A DNA stretch of 64,000 bases from Eimeria praecox. Taxonomy: Eukaryota. This document shows, one piece after another, positions 43,993 to 55,768 of the stretch. The notes below the pieces were generated by a model. It was given only the letters and a program-made list of their open reading frames with translations, made no database searches and was not told the origin of the DNA. The translations under genes and the position numbers were made by a program. The DNA is taken from contig OY986949.1 of the NCBI GenBank assembly GCA_963920595.1, positions 3,658,001-3,722,000 on the forward strand, given 5' to 3'. Numbering within the stretch: position 1 is the stretch's first letter; each line of letters begins with the position of its first letter.

Positions 43993-46900
43993 GACTGAGT
44001 GGGATCCGCCTTGCATATTACTTGTGCCACTACATGCTCTGACACATTGCCCTCTGGGCTGAATAGGACGAAGTTAAAGGAGACATGGCCCAGGAGTCCG
44101 CTCCATCTCTGCGGTCGGAGGCCATACACCAGATACAGGCAAGCTGCGTCTGGCATGCAGGCACACATTGGCAGCTGAGGAACCCAGCAGGCGGTATGCC
44201 CATGCATGGCCAGGCGAGGCAGCTTTTGGCTGAGCTATTCGTTTATAACGCTTGTCTTTAGGTGTATTGCTACAGACCTCTGGGCCTAGCTAGAACCTGA
44301 CTGGCCCTCGGAGCTTCAGGATTCTTCGAGCGTTCAGAGCGCATGCCGCGAAGGCTTAAAGGATGTTCAGGTCAGGAAAGATGGCTTGTGCTGCTGCTGA
44401 GCATGCTACTGCACTACTGTCACAATCCCTTCACTGTTAGCTTTTGGGACAGCAGGATTGAAACCTGTACAGATTGGTCTGGTGACTACGGAGGAGCTTG
44501 CTCTGGCTTACCACCTTCGCTGGTAACGACGTTGCGTCAGTGACAAGTGGGAAGTGGGCCATGGGGACGCCACAGTTTGATGCATTATTCGCTTGCAAGT
44601 ATGCTTCCTCAGAGAAGCAATGATGGCTTGGCATTACAACAGAAGCTCTCGGGAGCTTGCGGCCTGTTAAGGCCCTCAAAGCATACATTCCTGCACTTAA
44701 TTTTCAACTAACTTGGATCGAAAACAAAAAATTTTTTAACTTGCTTGAGTCGAAAATTAAGGATGCGTGGGTGGCCGTGCCTTCTTGTAGTGGTTTTGCG
44801 CTAACTCACAAAGTCGCACTTTCACAAGTCGCACTTTCACAATGCTGGAGGACTCGGAGGGTGAGGAACAACAAATACCAGCAGCAGTGGCTATCTATGC
44901 CAGAAGAAGCAATCAGCACTCCTCCACAGGCTTTTTTAATATGTTCTGCAGCCCTCGTGGATCCACTAGAGGAGCGGGGATCGGGGGATCCTGCAGTTGT
45001 GCTAGAAGTTGCGGGCAAGTAACTTAAGCAAAAGGAAGTGCTGCAGCTTTCTTCTGGTACGACCTGCTTGCGATCTCGAACTCCGTAGATATAGGTTTTT
45101 GGCGGTAGGGTGCTATAGCTAGTCAAGAGTGTCACGGTACAATAAGGCAGGCTTATAATGTGACCCCAACGCCATTCAAAACCGTAAGTTAGAAGGGAAA
45201 CTGAAAGGGAGCGGCGGGCAACCGAGGAAGAGTCCTAATTGACCTTCAGTCCTCCCCCTGTGTGTAGTAACTGAGACCCGCATTTCCGCTGCTGAAGCGT
45301 GTCAGTTCCTGTCTCCGCAGCATCGTTTCCTTTTGGGGGGTTGCATCCATGCAGCTCAGTGGCAGCTTTGCTGTTGCACATCCGCGTGCAGCGTATGCGG
45401 CTTCTTAGAACCTTTCTGCCATTGGCTGTTGGCGTTCGCGACCGCGAGGCCGAATGTAGAAGTAGGTGCATGCACATCAGTCCAATGGGCGGCTTGCAAC
45501 TCAGCAAATGCAGATCCATAGCTGCTCTACCTGCTACGGGATCTGCAAACCCATGTAGCGGCATCTACCCTTCGAGCTCCCCTTCTCTGCATATGGAGGC
45601 TTCCATGCCCTTTTCAGAAGTAGATTTGTATCTTATACCGTTAGACAGCAAATTTGCTTCTCCCGCCTGAGTGCATTGCCTCAAACATGTTGCTCAACGA
45701 AGCGTTTTTCTCTATACCCAGAACATTCTGGTCTGCCTAGGCTAGTGATAACGCACTACGCAAGCATATGGTTGCTGCATAGGTGCCGGCTTTCGCGTTT
45801 CCAGACCGTCGGAACCCTTGAAGTTGTGGGGGAGGAAAAAGTGTCCTCGTGCGAGTCTGTGGCACTGGCTGCAACAGCGCTACCTGCAGAAGCAACCAAC
45901 GCTTACGTGCCTCTTTAACGCGAGATGGAAGCATTGCCCTTACGTGGCTGCTCAGCGGGCCCTGGTAGCAACACTCGAACACAGCGGGAAAAGCCAGGAT
46001 CCTCCGCACTGCGCAACAGCAGTCGCGTGTATCAGCACAGAAGTGCCCCGCACATGCCGAGGTGTTTGGCGCATGACTAGCTCGGGATCGGCATGAACGC
46101 CAGCCTTGGCTATGCAGTATTACCGAATGGCGGAGTTCGTGGGGATGCGGAGCTAGTCACAACAGAAAGATCAGATCAATGCTGTTAATACGGTCTGCTT
46201 TAGGTTCGTTCATGCAGCATGGCTTGTCATCGTGTGTCGTCCATGCTGGTTGCCAGTGGCCATGCAGTCGTCCTCCTACTGTCTACGACGTTGCATGCAT
46301 GGATCGGATGGGGCTTTCGTATGCTTACACTTGCGATTTATGGCAGTTAGCGTCCCAGCAAGATGCGCAGCTATTCCGAAACAGTTGCCTCCTCTGTGCA
46401 CCCTCCGCCAAGTTGGTGCGGAAGATGCCTGTTGATTAGAGCGGAAGCCAGCTGCTTTCGCGGGGCTATTAAGGACCTCTGTTCCCTTGTAATTCACAAC
46501 GGCCCCAGGCCAAGGTAATCGCAACACAGGGTTCTCTACACTGCCCACCTGGGTAGCCAACTCACTGTGAAGGAGGCAACTGCCCTGGGAAGAGGATTAA
46601 CCACACTGGAATTGAAGTACAGCGCAAACATTCCTAAGGTAAATGGTAGTGAGGAACCTTATGCTATCATCAAAAGCTTCACAGAGAATCGTCGTGCGTA
46701 CGAAGACACCTTACTATGGATGCAAGTAACTGTATGCAGTAGCTGGCTATCCAGGTAGGCAATGGAGAGCCCGCTCCTCAACATGCTCAGAACTATTAAT
46801 CTGTGCCTCCTCTGCACCTTCTCAAGAATTGTTCTACCCTACAGAAAGCAACCCCCGAGACGTTTGTCTACGGTGTCCGTGCGTGAGCGAGAGTTCGCAA

Positions 46901-47597
46901 GACTTTGCTGGTTGCCTTCTTATCATAACTCGGAGACTCTAAAGGGTTCTACAGCTTCCCTGGATCCTGCATATTGTAAACCCCTATTCAAGTATACTGC
47001 GGTGTACATCAGACCCCCATAGGAGGCAATCGACACGGCCGAGCCAGCGTGTCTATGTTAAAAAGACATGTTTGAGTTCTTCAAACGCAATTTCGTAGTT
47101 TTTAAACTCAATGGACTTCATTAATCTTACTGGAAGGGCATTTCTCGAGGGTTCGCCGGTGTAGCTACGCGCTGCCAGCCCCACTCAGCCGTGGGGACGA
47201 AGGCCTGCCAGTGGCCCAGTGATGCCAGCTCAACTGGAGGCCCTTTCCTCTTAGGGGTAAAGCGAAAGAAGTTGAATAAGGGTATATTTCTGAGGTCTTG
47301 TACATCATTTGGTAGTATTATTACCTGCCAGTTGCAACGGGTGGGTCTTGTTATCTTTTATTCTCTTGAGCTGGGCTCGTTGCTTGCATTCGTCTCTCCC
47401 TCTCTCTCTTTCTTCAGGATTCCTTGATTACTTGTCTTCTGAAAGTGTAAAGGCTCTGAGGAAGGAGAAGACTGTTTTCCCTCTGGAAAGCCTGTAGATT
47501 CCTCCCTTGTTATCTGCGAATAATACGGGACAGACCCCCGGCTCTTCCTTCATCTGCAGGGAACTCCACGCTTCCCCTGACTTACAGAAGAAATAAA

Positions 47598-50500
47598 ATG
47601 CGACGTGTTTGCCCCTCTATTCTACAGCGGCAGCTGCTGCAGTCCTCCCTCTCTGTGAGCGGCCGGCGCGGCTCCCTTTTAATATCAGGGGGGTCTAAGG
47701 GTGTGTCGAATTCAGCGCAACAGGGGCCCGCTGGAGTCGTTGCTACTCTCCCTACAGTCAACACTGCCGGTGGACAGCAGCCTACAGTGCGTGACGCCCG
47801 CGTGCAGCCGAGGTGGAGTTTTGTGTATGGCTCCCGGGGGGGGCGAGCGGAGGTGAGAGGCCTGTCAACAAGTGCGAGTTCTGCAGAACAAGCCCAAGAG
47901 GGAAAGGAGGGGGAGGAGGAAAGACATGCTTTTCAGGCAGAGACACAGAAGCTGCTGCAGATCGTCACACATTCTCTTTACACGGATAAAGAAGTATTCA
48001 TCCGAGAACTTATCTCAAACGCCTCCGATGCTCTCGAAAAACTTAGGTTTCTGCAGGCTTCGGAACAGCAGCAAGAGGGGAAGGAACAGCAGCAGCAGCA
48101 GCAGCAACAGAGAGGGAAGCTCCGCGTTATATTACGTGCTAACCCCACAGATAAGACCTTCATCATCGAGGTACTTCTGTTTGCAGTAGCCCGTCTAGCA
48201 GAGTAGAACAGGAAACTGAAAGAGGAGGCAGACAGTAAACAATACAACAGCAAAGCGCAGTAGACAGAGATATAGAGATAAAATAAAAAACAACAGACAC
48301 AAAATCTGCGTTTAAATAAATCCATAGAAGTTAAATGCTACCCGACGGCATTTCCAAACAATGAAAGGGGCGGAGGGGGCTTCTTGGTGCCTCTCTCTTA
48401 CGGCCTGTGTGTATGGTTTTGCTGCTGCTCCTGCTGCTGCTGCTTCTGTTGCTGCTGCTTCTGTTGCTGCTGCTTCTGCTGCTCCTGCTGCTGCTGCTCC
48501 TGCTGCTGCTGCTGCTGCTGCTATTATGGGTTTCTAGGACAACGGAGTAGGCATGAGCCGCGATGAACTCGTGAAGAATTTGGGCACAATCGCGAGAAGT
48601 GGGTCCCTGGAGTTCTTGAAGAACGCTGGGCCAGATGCCAGCAAAGATATTATAGGCCAAGTACGTAGTAAGGAGGCGGCCTTTTAGGGTTTAGGGTTTA
48701 GGGTTTAGGGTTTAGGGTTTAGGATTTGGGGTTTTCTGTAGGTTTTTGTTTGGTGTATTGGATGCTTCCTACTATGTACTATTTTGTTTGGTGTGAACAT
48801 AACTGTAACTTGTTTTTATATGATGCGGAGGGCTGGGCCTCAGCTGCAGACACCCAGGCTGTGCTTGTTGTTATTGGGCTTGTTAGGGTTTAGGGTTTAG
48901 GGTTTAGGGCTTAGGGGGGCTCTTGGATTAGGGTTTGGTCTAAGTTGAAACGTGTGTGCGTTGCAGTTTGGCGTGGGTTTTTACTCGAGCTTCGTGGTGT
49001 CTGAACGAGTGGAGGTGTACACGAGGTGTCGAGACAGTGGAAGAGTGCTGCGGTGGAGCAGCGACGGTTCGGGTTCTTTCACTTTATCTTCGGCCCCTGC
49101 TGAGTCTCTCAGTTCTCCCTCAGGCACGAAAGTTGTATGCCATTTGAAACAAGACTGTCTTGAGTTCGCTAACCCCCACAGGATTAAGGAATGCGCACAG
49201 AAGTTCTCGGCCTTCGTTAAGTGAGCATGCAACACAGGCCATTCTGAGATCGTTTGCTACGGCCCTGTGCGCGGGGCCCTGCTCTATCTGTAGCTTACCT
49301 CCTGTCTGTCTGCTCCTCCTATGCCTCACTCATCCCCCCGTTATATGGGGGGGGCTGGAGGCCTGTTCAATACTAGTATATAGAGAGGAAATGAATGCTA
49401 TGGAGACGATCTCTCATGGTGTTTTGTTTAAATACGGAGAAACCGAAGACACCCTCTCCGCAGCAGCTGTGTACACAAAAGGCAGGGAGTCAAGGAATGG
49501 TCTTTGTCGCTTTGACAAGCTGCTTCTTGTGCCTGCATGCACCTTATTACCCCTCAACTGGTTGTATTGATTCTGTTTTATTGCAGCTTCCCGGTGTATA
49601 TGGAGGAGAATGGCAAGGAAGTTCAGGTTTCATCGCAGGAGGCCTTGTGGCTTAAAACCTCAGCCACTCCTGAAGAACACAAGCAGTTCTTTAGGTGAGA
49701 GGGCTCGCCCTGTTGGTTGTACGACTTTCTCTTTCTTTGTTTTTCGCAGCCTAAACAGTGCCATTTCCGCATATATTTTCTATAGCTCCTTTTGCTCTGA
49801 GTTGCAAGGGAATAGCGCTCTGCCGCACGTGCATGCATGCGTCTACATATACGAGTCATCCACACATCTAATGGGCGTATACAACCATAAGCTGACTTCA
49901 TATAAATGTGGTTTATATCTGTCTGTCTGCATATATATTATATATTCACCATACGTTCGTACACATACACGGTTCTCTTTGCAAATATGGTTTTTGAATG
50001 CTGTATATACCTGCGCTGTTCTTAGTGCGCATGCATTGTGCATGCATGCATAGTACACTCGTGTATTAGTGGGGTATTTCAGTATGGTCATATTATTCTG
50101 CAAGTACTGATATCAGGGAGTGTATATGCAGTCTTCTCGACACGCTCGTATTTTTGTGTTTCTTTTCTTTTTTTGTCTTTTTCGCCTCAGGCATCTGACA
50201 AGTCAGTCTTGGGGGGAGCCATTCTACAGCATTATGTTCTCAGCTGACGCGCCGTTGAGCATTCGGGTATGCCTCTCGCTTGGGGTCTTCTGCCTCTTGG
50301 CTAGCGTTTTCCTGTCACACATAAGCCCTTGAAAACCAGCCGACAGCTAGATATTTCTACTGAGGTCGTTGCTTTGCGTGCTAACAACCATTCTCACAAC
50401 AGTTGCGGCGCAGCGTGGTCTGCGATCTCCTCCACAAACATGACACTGCTGCTCTTCGTGCCGCTTCCCTCATTATTGTGTGCTATCAATAGACCTGCAA

Positions 50501-53500
50501 GGCCACTTGGTGGTGGTGCCTTCGTAGACCTTCGTAGATGCCGGGGAGGTGTCTTGTTGGACTGTGTGCTTACTTCTTCACTTGCCTTTCTGTCTGAGGC
50601 CGTTTGAACGACGTCTCTGTTTCTGTCTTTGCGTAACTGCGTTTCGTTCTTCTTGAATCTTCCTCCAAATGTATTTCTCCGCGTATGATTCGCGTGCGAG
50701 GGTTGTATGGCGTGACATGCCGGCGCCTCTCTTTCGATCCGTTTGCCTTTCTGCATATTTGCAGTCCGTCTTGTACTTCCCGGCAGACCCTCCAAACCGT
50801 CTCTTCCAGACGGGTCCTATGGAGAGTGGGGTGTCTCTGCTTTGTCGTCGCGTGCTTGTGAAGAAGAACGCTAACGACCTTCTTCCTAAGTGGCTTTGGT
50901 TCCTCCGTGGGATCGTAGACTGCGAGGACCTGCCCCTCAACGTCAGCAGAGAGCACATGCAAGACTCTCAGCTGCAGCGCAAACTATCAACAGTCGTCGT
51001 TAAACGTATCCTCAAGTTCCTCAACGACCAGGTAAAACCAAGGGGCCCCAAATGGTGTCCAAGGGGGTTTCTACGCTGCCTAGGAAGTGTGCATTGTTTT
51101 TCTAAGGCCACACGTTTCCCATAGAGACAGTCTTGTTGAGCGGTTCAACGAGAAATAAACTTAGAATGGAGCAGCAAATGGCGATATAAGGGTTCTGTCA
51201 CAGCAGAGGCCAGATCGGCTCTTCACAGTCGTGCGTTGCCTTAGTGTCTCCGCCATGCGCCAGTGGTGGAGTTATGTGCCCAGTAGATTGTGCAGATACC
51301 TTCCGCAGGGGCAGTATGCGCCCAGGGGTGATTTGTAGATTATAAGGAGTCATGCGCGACTGCTGGCGAACGCTTGCACGTGCTTCTGTTTACCTGCTGG
51401 TGCCCTTATGCATATAGGGAGGGCAACAACTTTGTTGCTTTGTGTCGGTGGGGTTGTACCCCTTCCCTTGTGGGCCTGCAGATGAAGTCCGAACCGGAAA
51501 AGTATCGTCAGTTCTACCAGAAGTACTCGCAGAACATAAAAGAGGGCGTATTGGAGGATACGCACAACGGCAGCACGTACAAAGATATGCTGCTTCCTCT
51601 CCTTCGGTGAGTCCCCTTCTTCGTGGAAGGGGATGGCGCTCCTCTTGCTCTTGGGGAGCATTTTTCCCTGTATCTGCCTGTGTGTCATTTGTTTTGCTTT
51701 CGCTAACAGAACAGAGTCCTCCATCTTACCTATTGTAGGCCTCTACCTGTTTGCTTGTTTTCCGATACCCTCTCAGCATGTGTGAATTCGTTGTATTGTT
51801 TGTTTGGCCCAATCGCTTGTTGGTGCTTCTCATCACGGTCACTGATGCACGGGCAGAGTGTCTGTGTAGGTGGTCTCTTGCTCTCTGCATGATGTTGTCT
51901 CTGCATATGCCAGGTAATGCTACGAAGGTAGTACAACAACTCCATACGCACACGTGTTGCGCTGCAGGTTTGAATGCTCTTCTGAGGAAGCCGGCAAGAT
52001 GATCACTCTGGACGAATACGTCGACAAAATGCCCGCCAAGCAAAAACATATTTACTACTACTGCTGCTCAGACAGGGCGGTATGCGAGTTTCAAGCAAAA
52101 ATGCCTTAGACCTTTAATCTACTTGAAAAGCCCACAAATCGAGACAGAAGAGAAGGGGCACCAGTTGGAGGTTGCCCTACGGCATCTACCGTCGTAGATA
52201 AACAGCTTGAAACACGGGAAATCGCTACTGCATGGGGGTGTTGTGTGCTGGCAGACGGCTCTCTCCTCTCCGTACATGGAGCAACATGTCGCAAAGGGCC
52301 GCCCAGTTATCTTGATGACGGCGGAGGTTGATGAGTTCTTGGCGATGAATCTTTCTGTGAGTCATTCAACCGTTTTTCTTTGTAGCATGCGCGTATTCTT
52401 CTTATATCTTTGTTTTGCCTCCAGCTTGCGTAGTTCTTGTTGTGACTGATGCTGTGCCGGTCGGCCGTGTCATAGACAGCTTCCTGTACACTGTATACCG
52501 ATTCAGCATTCACTTTCTTACACTTTCTACGCTTTCATACTGCCACAGATGGTCTGCGCGGGTACAGGGTTTTCGCCTTGAGAATGCATGCACTGGGGCT
52601 GTGGCGCTTGTGGGTCCCGCAGGAGTACAAGGGGAAACGGCTCGTGGCAGTGGACTCTCCTGGTGATGACGTAGGGGAGGAGGTAGCAGATGAGGAAGAC
52701 ACAAAGGCGACAGAAGAGAACCAGGGGAAGCCCAAGCTTGTGGGAGAGCAGCAGACGGAGCTGGCATCATTCGTGAAGGTACCGCAGTACTCCCATAAGC
52801 GTGCATGCACGCACAGACAAGTGCTCAGACCTGTAGATCAACGCACTAACTATGTACACCTGCAGCGGCCCACATTGCCGTGCCGAGGTGTCGTCACATT
52901 CACCTAGAGCACTGGATGCGACGTTCCGGTTCTTCTACATGCATTCCCTGTTTGTTTCTGTGTCGACGTATGAATGGGGAGGCGGGGCAGCTCATTATTC
53001 TCTATCTTGTCTCTCCCCTGTATTCGTCCTGTGAAACCTCAGGATACTCTTGCTAACCGAGTGACGGCTGTTAAGTTTTCGGAGCGGCTTCTGTCTTCCC
53101 CAGCGGTTGTCTCCGGCTTCCTCTCGCCCACGCTTAGGCGGATGATGAAGGCCACTTTGCAGGGAGCCCCCGACGCGCAGCTTAGTACGTAGGAGAAACC
53201 CTCTCGCAACGTTTGCTGTGGGGAAGATTTGAGGGAGCATGATGCTTCAGAGCAACGCCTGCTGTTGCTAAGGAAGCCAAGTGCTGCAGCATGAGCTGGT
53301 GCTTTGTTGCCTGAGCGTGTCTGGAGCATGCTGGTGTGTTGGGCTTGTCGGTTGGAGTTTTGATGTTGCCTCTATTTGCGATTTTGATTCTGTTGTGGCT
53401 CGCAGACTTGGCGAGCCTTCCGGCCACTCTTGAGTTAAACCCTTCTCACGAGTTGATCACCTCTCTGTATCATCTCCGCACCTCAAATGCAGATGTGGCC

Positions 53501-53894
53501 AAGGTAAGCAGGCACCTTCCGCCCCCCGACACCGACACGTGCTCTGGGCTGCTGTAGCGGAGAGAGTGGGGTTGTTTTAATTAAATATTTTTTAGCAGAA
53601 GAGGCTGTCTGGTACAGTGCAGAGGGAGAGTGCTTCGCTACTATTCGTGGGTGGTGGTGGTTGTGCTGCGTCTGTTTGCAGTTGTTGGTGGAGCAGCTGT
53701 TTGACAACGCCAAGGTTGCTGCTGGGATAATGGAAGAACCCAAGTCAATGCTGGGGAGACTGAATAAACTGATGTCTCTCACAGCCCAGTATGCCTACCA
53801 TCATGCAGGGGCTGCTGCTGCTCAGTCTTCCCCGCCATCTGGGGAGGCAGCAAAAACCGAGTCTGGAGAAGCTTCTGAGACGGCTAGAGTTTAA
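47598..53894 (+). CDS. TRAP1: Hsp90-family chaperone, TRAP1/Hsp75 (mitochondrial) type, 13 exons, ~782 aa
   Basis: Exons 47598-48170, 48538-48660, 48967-49220, 49587-49694, 50191-50266, 50765-51031, 51482-51606, 51968-52079, 52255-52356, 52623-52778, 53043-53184, 53406-53503 and 53682-53894 are GT-AG and phase-consistent (2349 nt). Motifs: [95 protein letters not shown]. There is an Arg/Ser-rich presequence-like N-terminus, no charged linker and no MEEVD or HDEL end. Hsp90 family is certain; the TRAP1 subtype is an inference. Confidence 0.93.
48420..48522. repeat. (CTG)n microsatellite in TRAP1 intron 1
   Basis: An imperfect CTG run ends ~15 nt upstream of the acceptor at 48537. Confidence 0.95.
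48683..48916 (+). repeat. Two interstitial telomere-like (TTTAGGG)n tracts in TRAP1 intron 2
   Basis: 48683-48724 has 5 perfect copies plus 1 variant. 48883-48916 has ~5 copies. Confidence 0.95.
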
Positions 53895-54406
53895 ACAGAC
53901 ACACCTCGGGATATTTAGGAAGGAGGGTGTGCTGCTCACTGCAGTTGAGCAGCTCTGAGAGGCCTGCAGATCACAGGTGCTGAACTGAGCTACGTAGCGG
54001 CCGTAGCGGCGTTCTGTTGCCGCGAAGAGACTTTCAGTAGCTATCTGCGGGAGAGGTTGAATTAGACACATCGATCTCTCGATCTCGTGGCTATGTGAGT
54101 TGTCTGTCAGTACTTGTGAAGCCACGGGTGGGGCTGTGCGAGGGGTGAGAGAGAAAAGGGGGTGTAGAGAGGAGTGCCAGTAGAATAGAAAGATTTGTTT
54201 TGACGCCGTTTCTGGGGCAGACAGACAGCCAATAAAGCTGGCAAAGCACGGCCGACCAGGGAAGCACGGGTTACGGCCCCCGGCCTGGGAAGGCCAAGGT
54301 GACCAGCGGCTCTTGATGCAGCCCCTGGGCTTCCAACTTAATTTCCGCTGTCAGGAATAACTTCTTTAATGCGATACAGGAAGAAGTAGACAGGCCCGAC
54401 CACACC

Positions 54407-55637
54407 TCAGACGGGGGGCCAAATATCATGCACATCTTGCAGCGTCTCGTAGTTGTATGAGCGCAGCAGCGCGATAAACTCAGGCAATAGGTACTTGGGC
54501 TCCGATGCCCACAGCTTCAAAAGCTCAGCCCTGCATTCGAACGAATAAGCAACAGCAGCGGCAGCGCATTATTGACAGCAGCACAATACCCAGGTGCATG
54601 CATGAGCCTGCTCCCCTAGGGCTTCCTGGTGAGCAGCTTTGTTTAACTAGTTAAGGGCAGGCTCAAAGACCACAGGTACTACAAAGCCTTTCAGCTGTTT
54701 CCTCTATACCACTTTCGGTTTCATCACGGTAAACATACAGATGGTGGACGTAGACACAGTAAACAGGAGAAAGAAAATAGAGGATCAATTAAATATACCC
54801 AAGGAAAGCCAAACGCAAGTGCAAAGGAGGCCAGTATAACTTATTATTACTAGAGGCAGCTGCTTAAGGCAGGAAAGCACACAAAAGATAGGGTGGGGGT
54901 GGGTTGGGGGGGAGGGGGGGTTTAGAACACATACAACAACAGACAGAAGAGAAAAGAACAAGACCCAAACTTGCAAAGGTGTCAGGCCTTCCTTACCGAG
55001 AGGCAACCTCTCTCTTGGCCAGCTCCTCCACGAAGGCTCGCACCGCGAACGTCCCCGAGCGTTTCCCTGCGAGCATTCCTTCGGGCGTTACACACAAGGA
55101 GGGCCCGAACTTCTTAAGACGAGGTATGGCTCTTCCCGCCACAACTGCGGAAGCAAAGCAAGCGTAGAGTTGCTGCTGCTGCTGCTGGTCTTGCGTAGTT
55201 AAGGTTGACGCCGCTAGACCCCTTATGCGGGGAAGAGGCCTCTCCACCGCCGGCAGCGGCAACTGCAGGGGTACGTAGTTAGGCCTTGACCACCCCACAA
55301 CTGCGTCTCGGCGTGCATCATATCTGCAAATAAATCCAACGCAGAAGTATTTGTTTGAAAGCATCCAATAACAAATCGTGCAGTGTATATCCTAAGACGA
55401 ACGAAGGTGCAGTCAAGGCATCAAGGTCTACACTCTTCTACGGGCAACTGAACCCCAGAAAAACTTACAATGGGGCGGGCAGCTGCAGGAAGTTGTGCTG
55501 GACAAGCGGTGTATCGCTGCTGCTGAGCTCCGACTCTTCTATGGGGTGACAGATTTGCAACACCGCGCGGCCTGTATGAATAAGCTGGTTGTAGACGATG
55601 AGTTTGGGACGAGGGCTGCATCAGTCACACCCACAAC

Positions 55638-55687
<50 letters not shown>

Positions 55688-55707
55688 CCCTAAACCCTAA
55701 ACCCACA

Positions 55708-55768
<61 letters not shown>

